Positions 63,827 to 64,000 of a DNA stretch of 64,000 nucleotides are shown here, one piece after another; the first letter of the stretch is position 1, and every line of letters starts with the position of its first letter. The notes below the pieces were generated by a model. That model saw only the letters and a program-made list of their open reading frames with translations. It was not told where the DNA came from and did no database searches. This stretch comes from Eledone cirrhosa (taxonomy: Eukaryota). Location: positions 28,210,001-28,274,000 of the forward strand of contig OZ024751.1 in the NCBI GenBank assembly GCA_964016885.1, read 5' to 3'. Both the position numbers and the translations under genes were made by a program.

Positions 63827-64000
63827 GTGGATTGGCAGTATCGGTAGAACGTCGGCCACCATGCTTCGCGGTAGAGAGTTACGGCCTTTTACGTTCTGAG
63901 TTCAAATCCCTCCGAGGTTAACTTTGCCTTCCATCCTTTCGGGGTCGATAAAATAAAGTACCAGTAACATACGGGGGTTTGATTTAATCGACTTTCTCCT
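63827..64000 (+). mobile_element. SINE family 1 copy (runs off the window end)
   Basis: GTGGATTGGCAGTATCGGTAGA head, GAGTTCAAATCC B box, CCATCCTTTCGGGGTCGATAAAATAAAGTACCAG core. Confidence 0.85.

Overview
Eukaryotic, microsatellite-saturated DNA, most consistent with a coleoid cephalopod such as Octopus. This is inferred from the SINE families and the (TA)n/(CA)n density. Nearly all long ORFs in the supplied track are simple-repeat artefacts. The centrepiece is a young Penelope-like retroelement (PLE) encoding RT plus a C-terminal GIY-YIG endonuclease, probably of the Hydra clade. It forms a ~12.7 kb head-to-head palindrome (44844-57535) inserted in (TA)n, with one intact ORF, one frameshifted ORF and three copies of a pseudo-LTR segment. 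Each pseudo-LTR copy carries an unusual hammerhead ribozyme (HHR) with a ~116-nt, G-U-rich stem II domain. At least six other families of short, often fold-back, HHR-bearing insertions sit in (TA)n tracts, and several share non-canonical stem II features. Also present are an internally deleted mariner with ~100-bp TIRs, decayed CR1-like and Tx1/L1-like LINE fragments, two tRNA-derived SINE families, and minisatellites. A phase-consistent set of minus-strand microexons and alternative terminal exons suggests the 3' end of an unidentified host gene. All RNA structures were folded by eye and no database searches were run.
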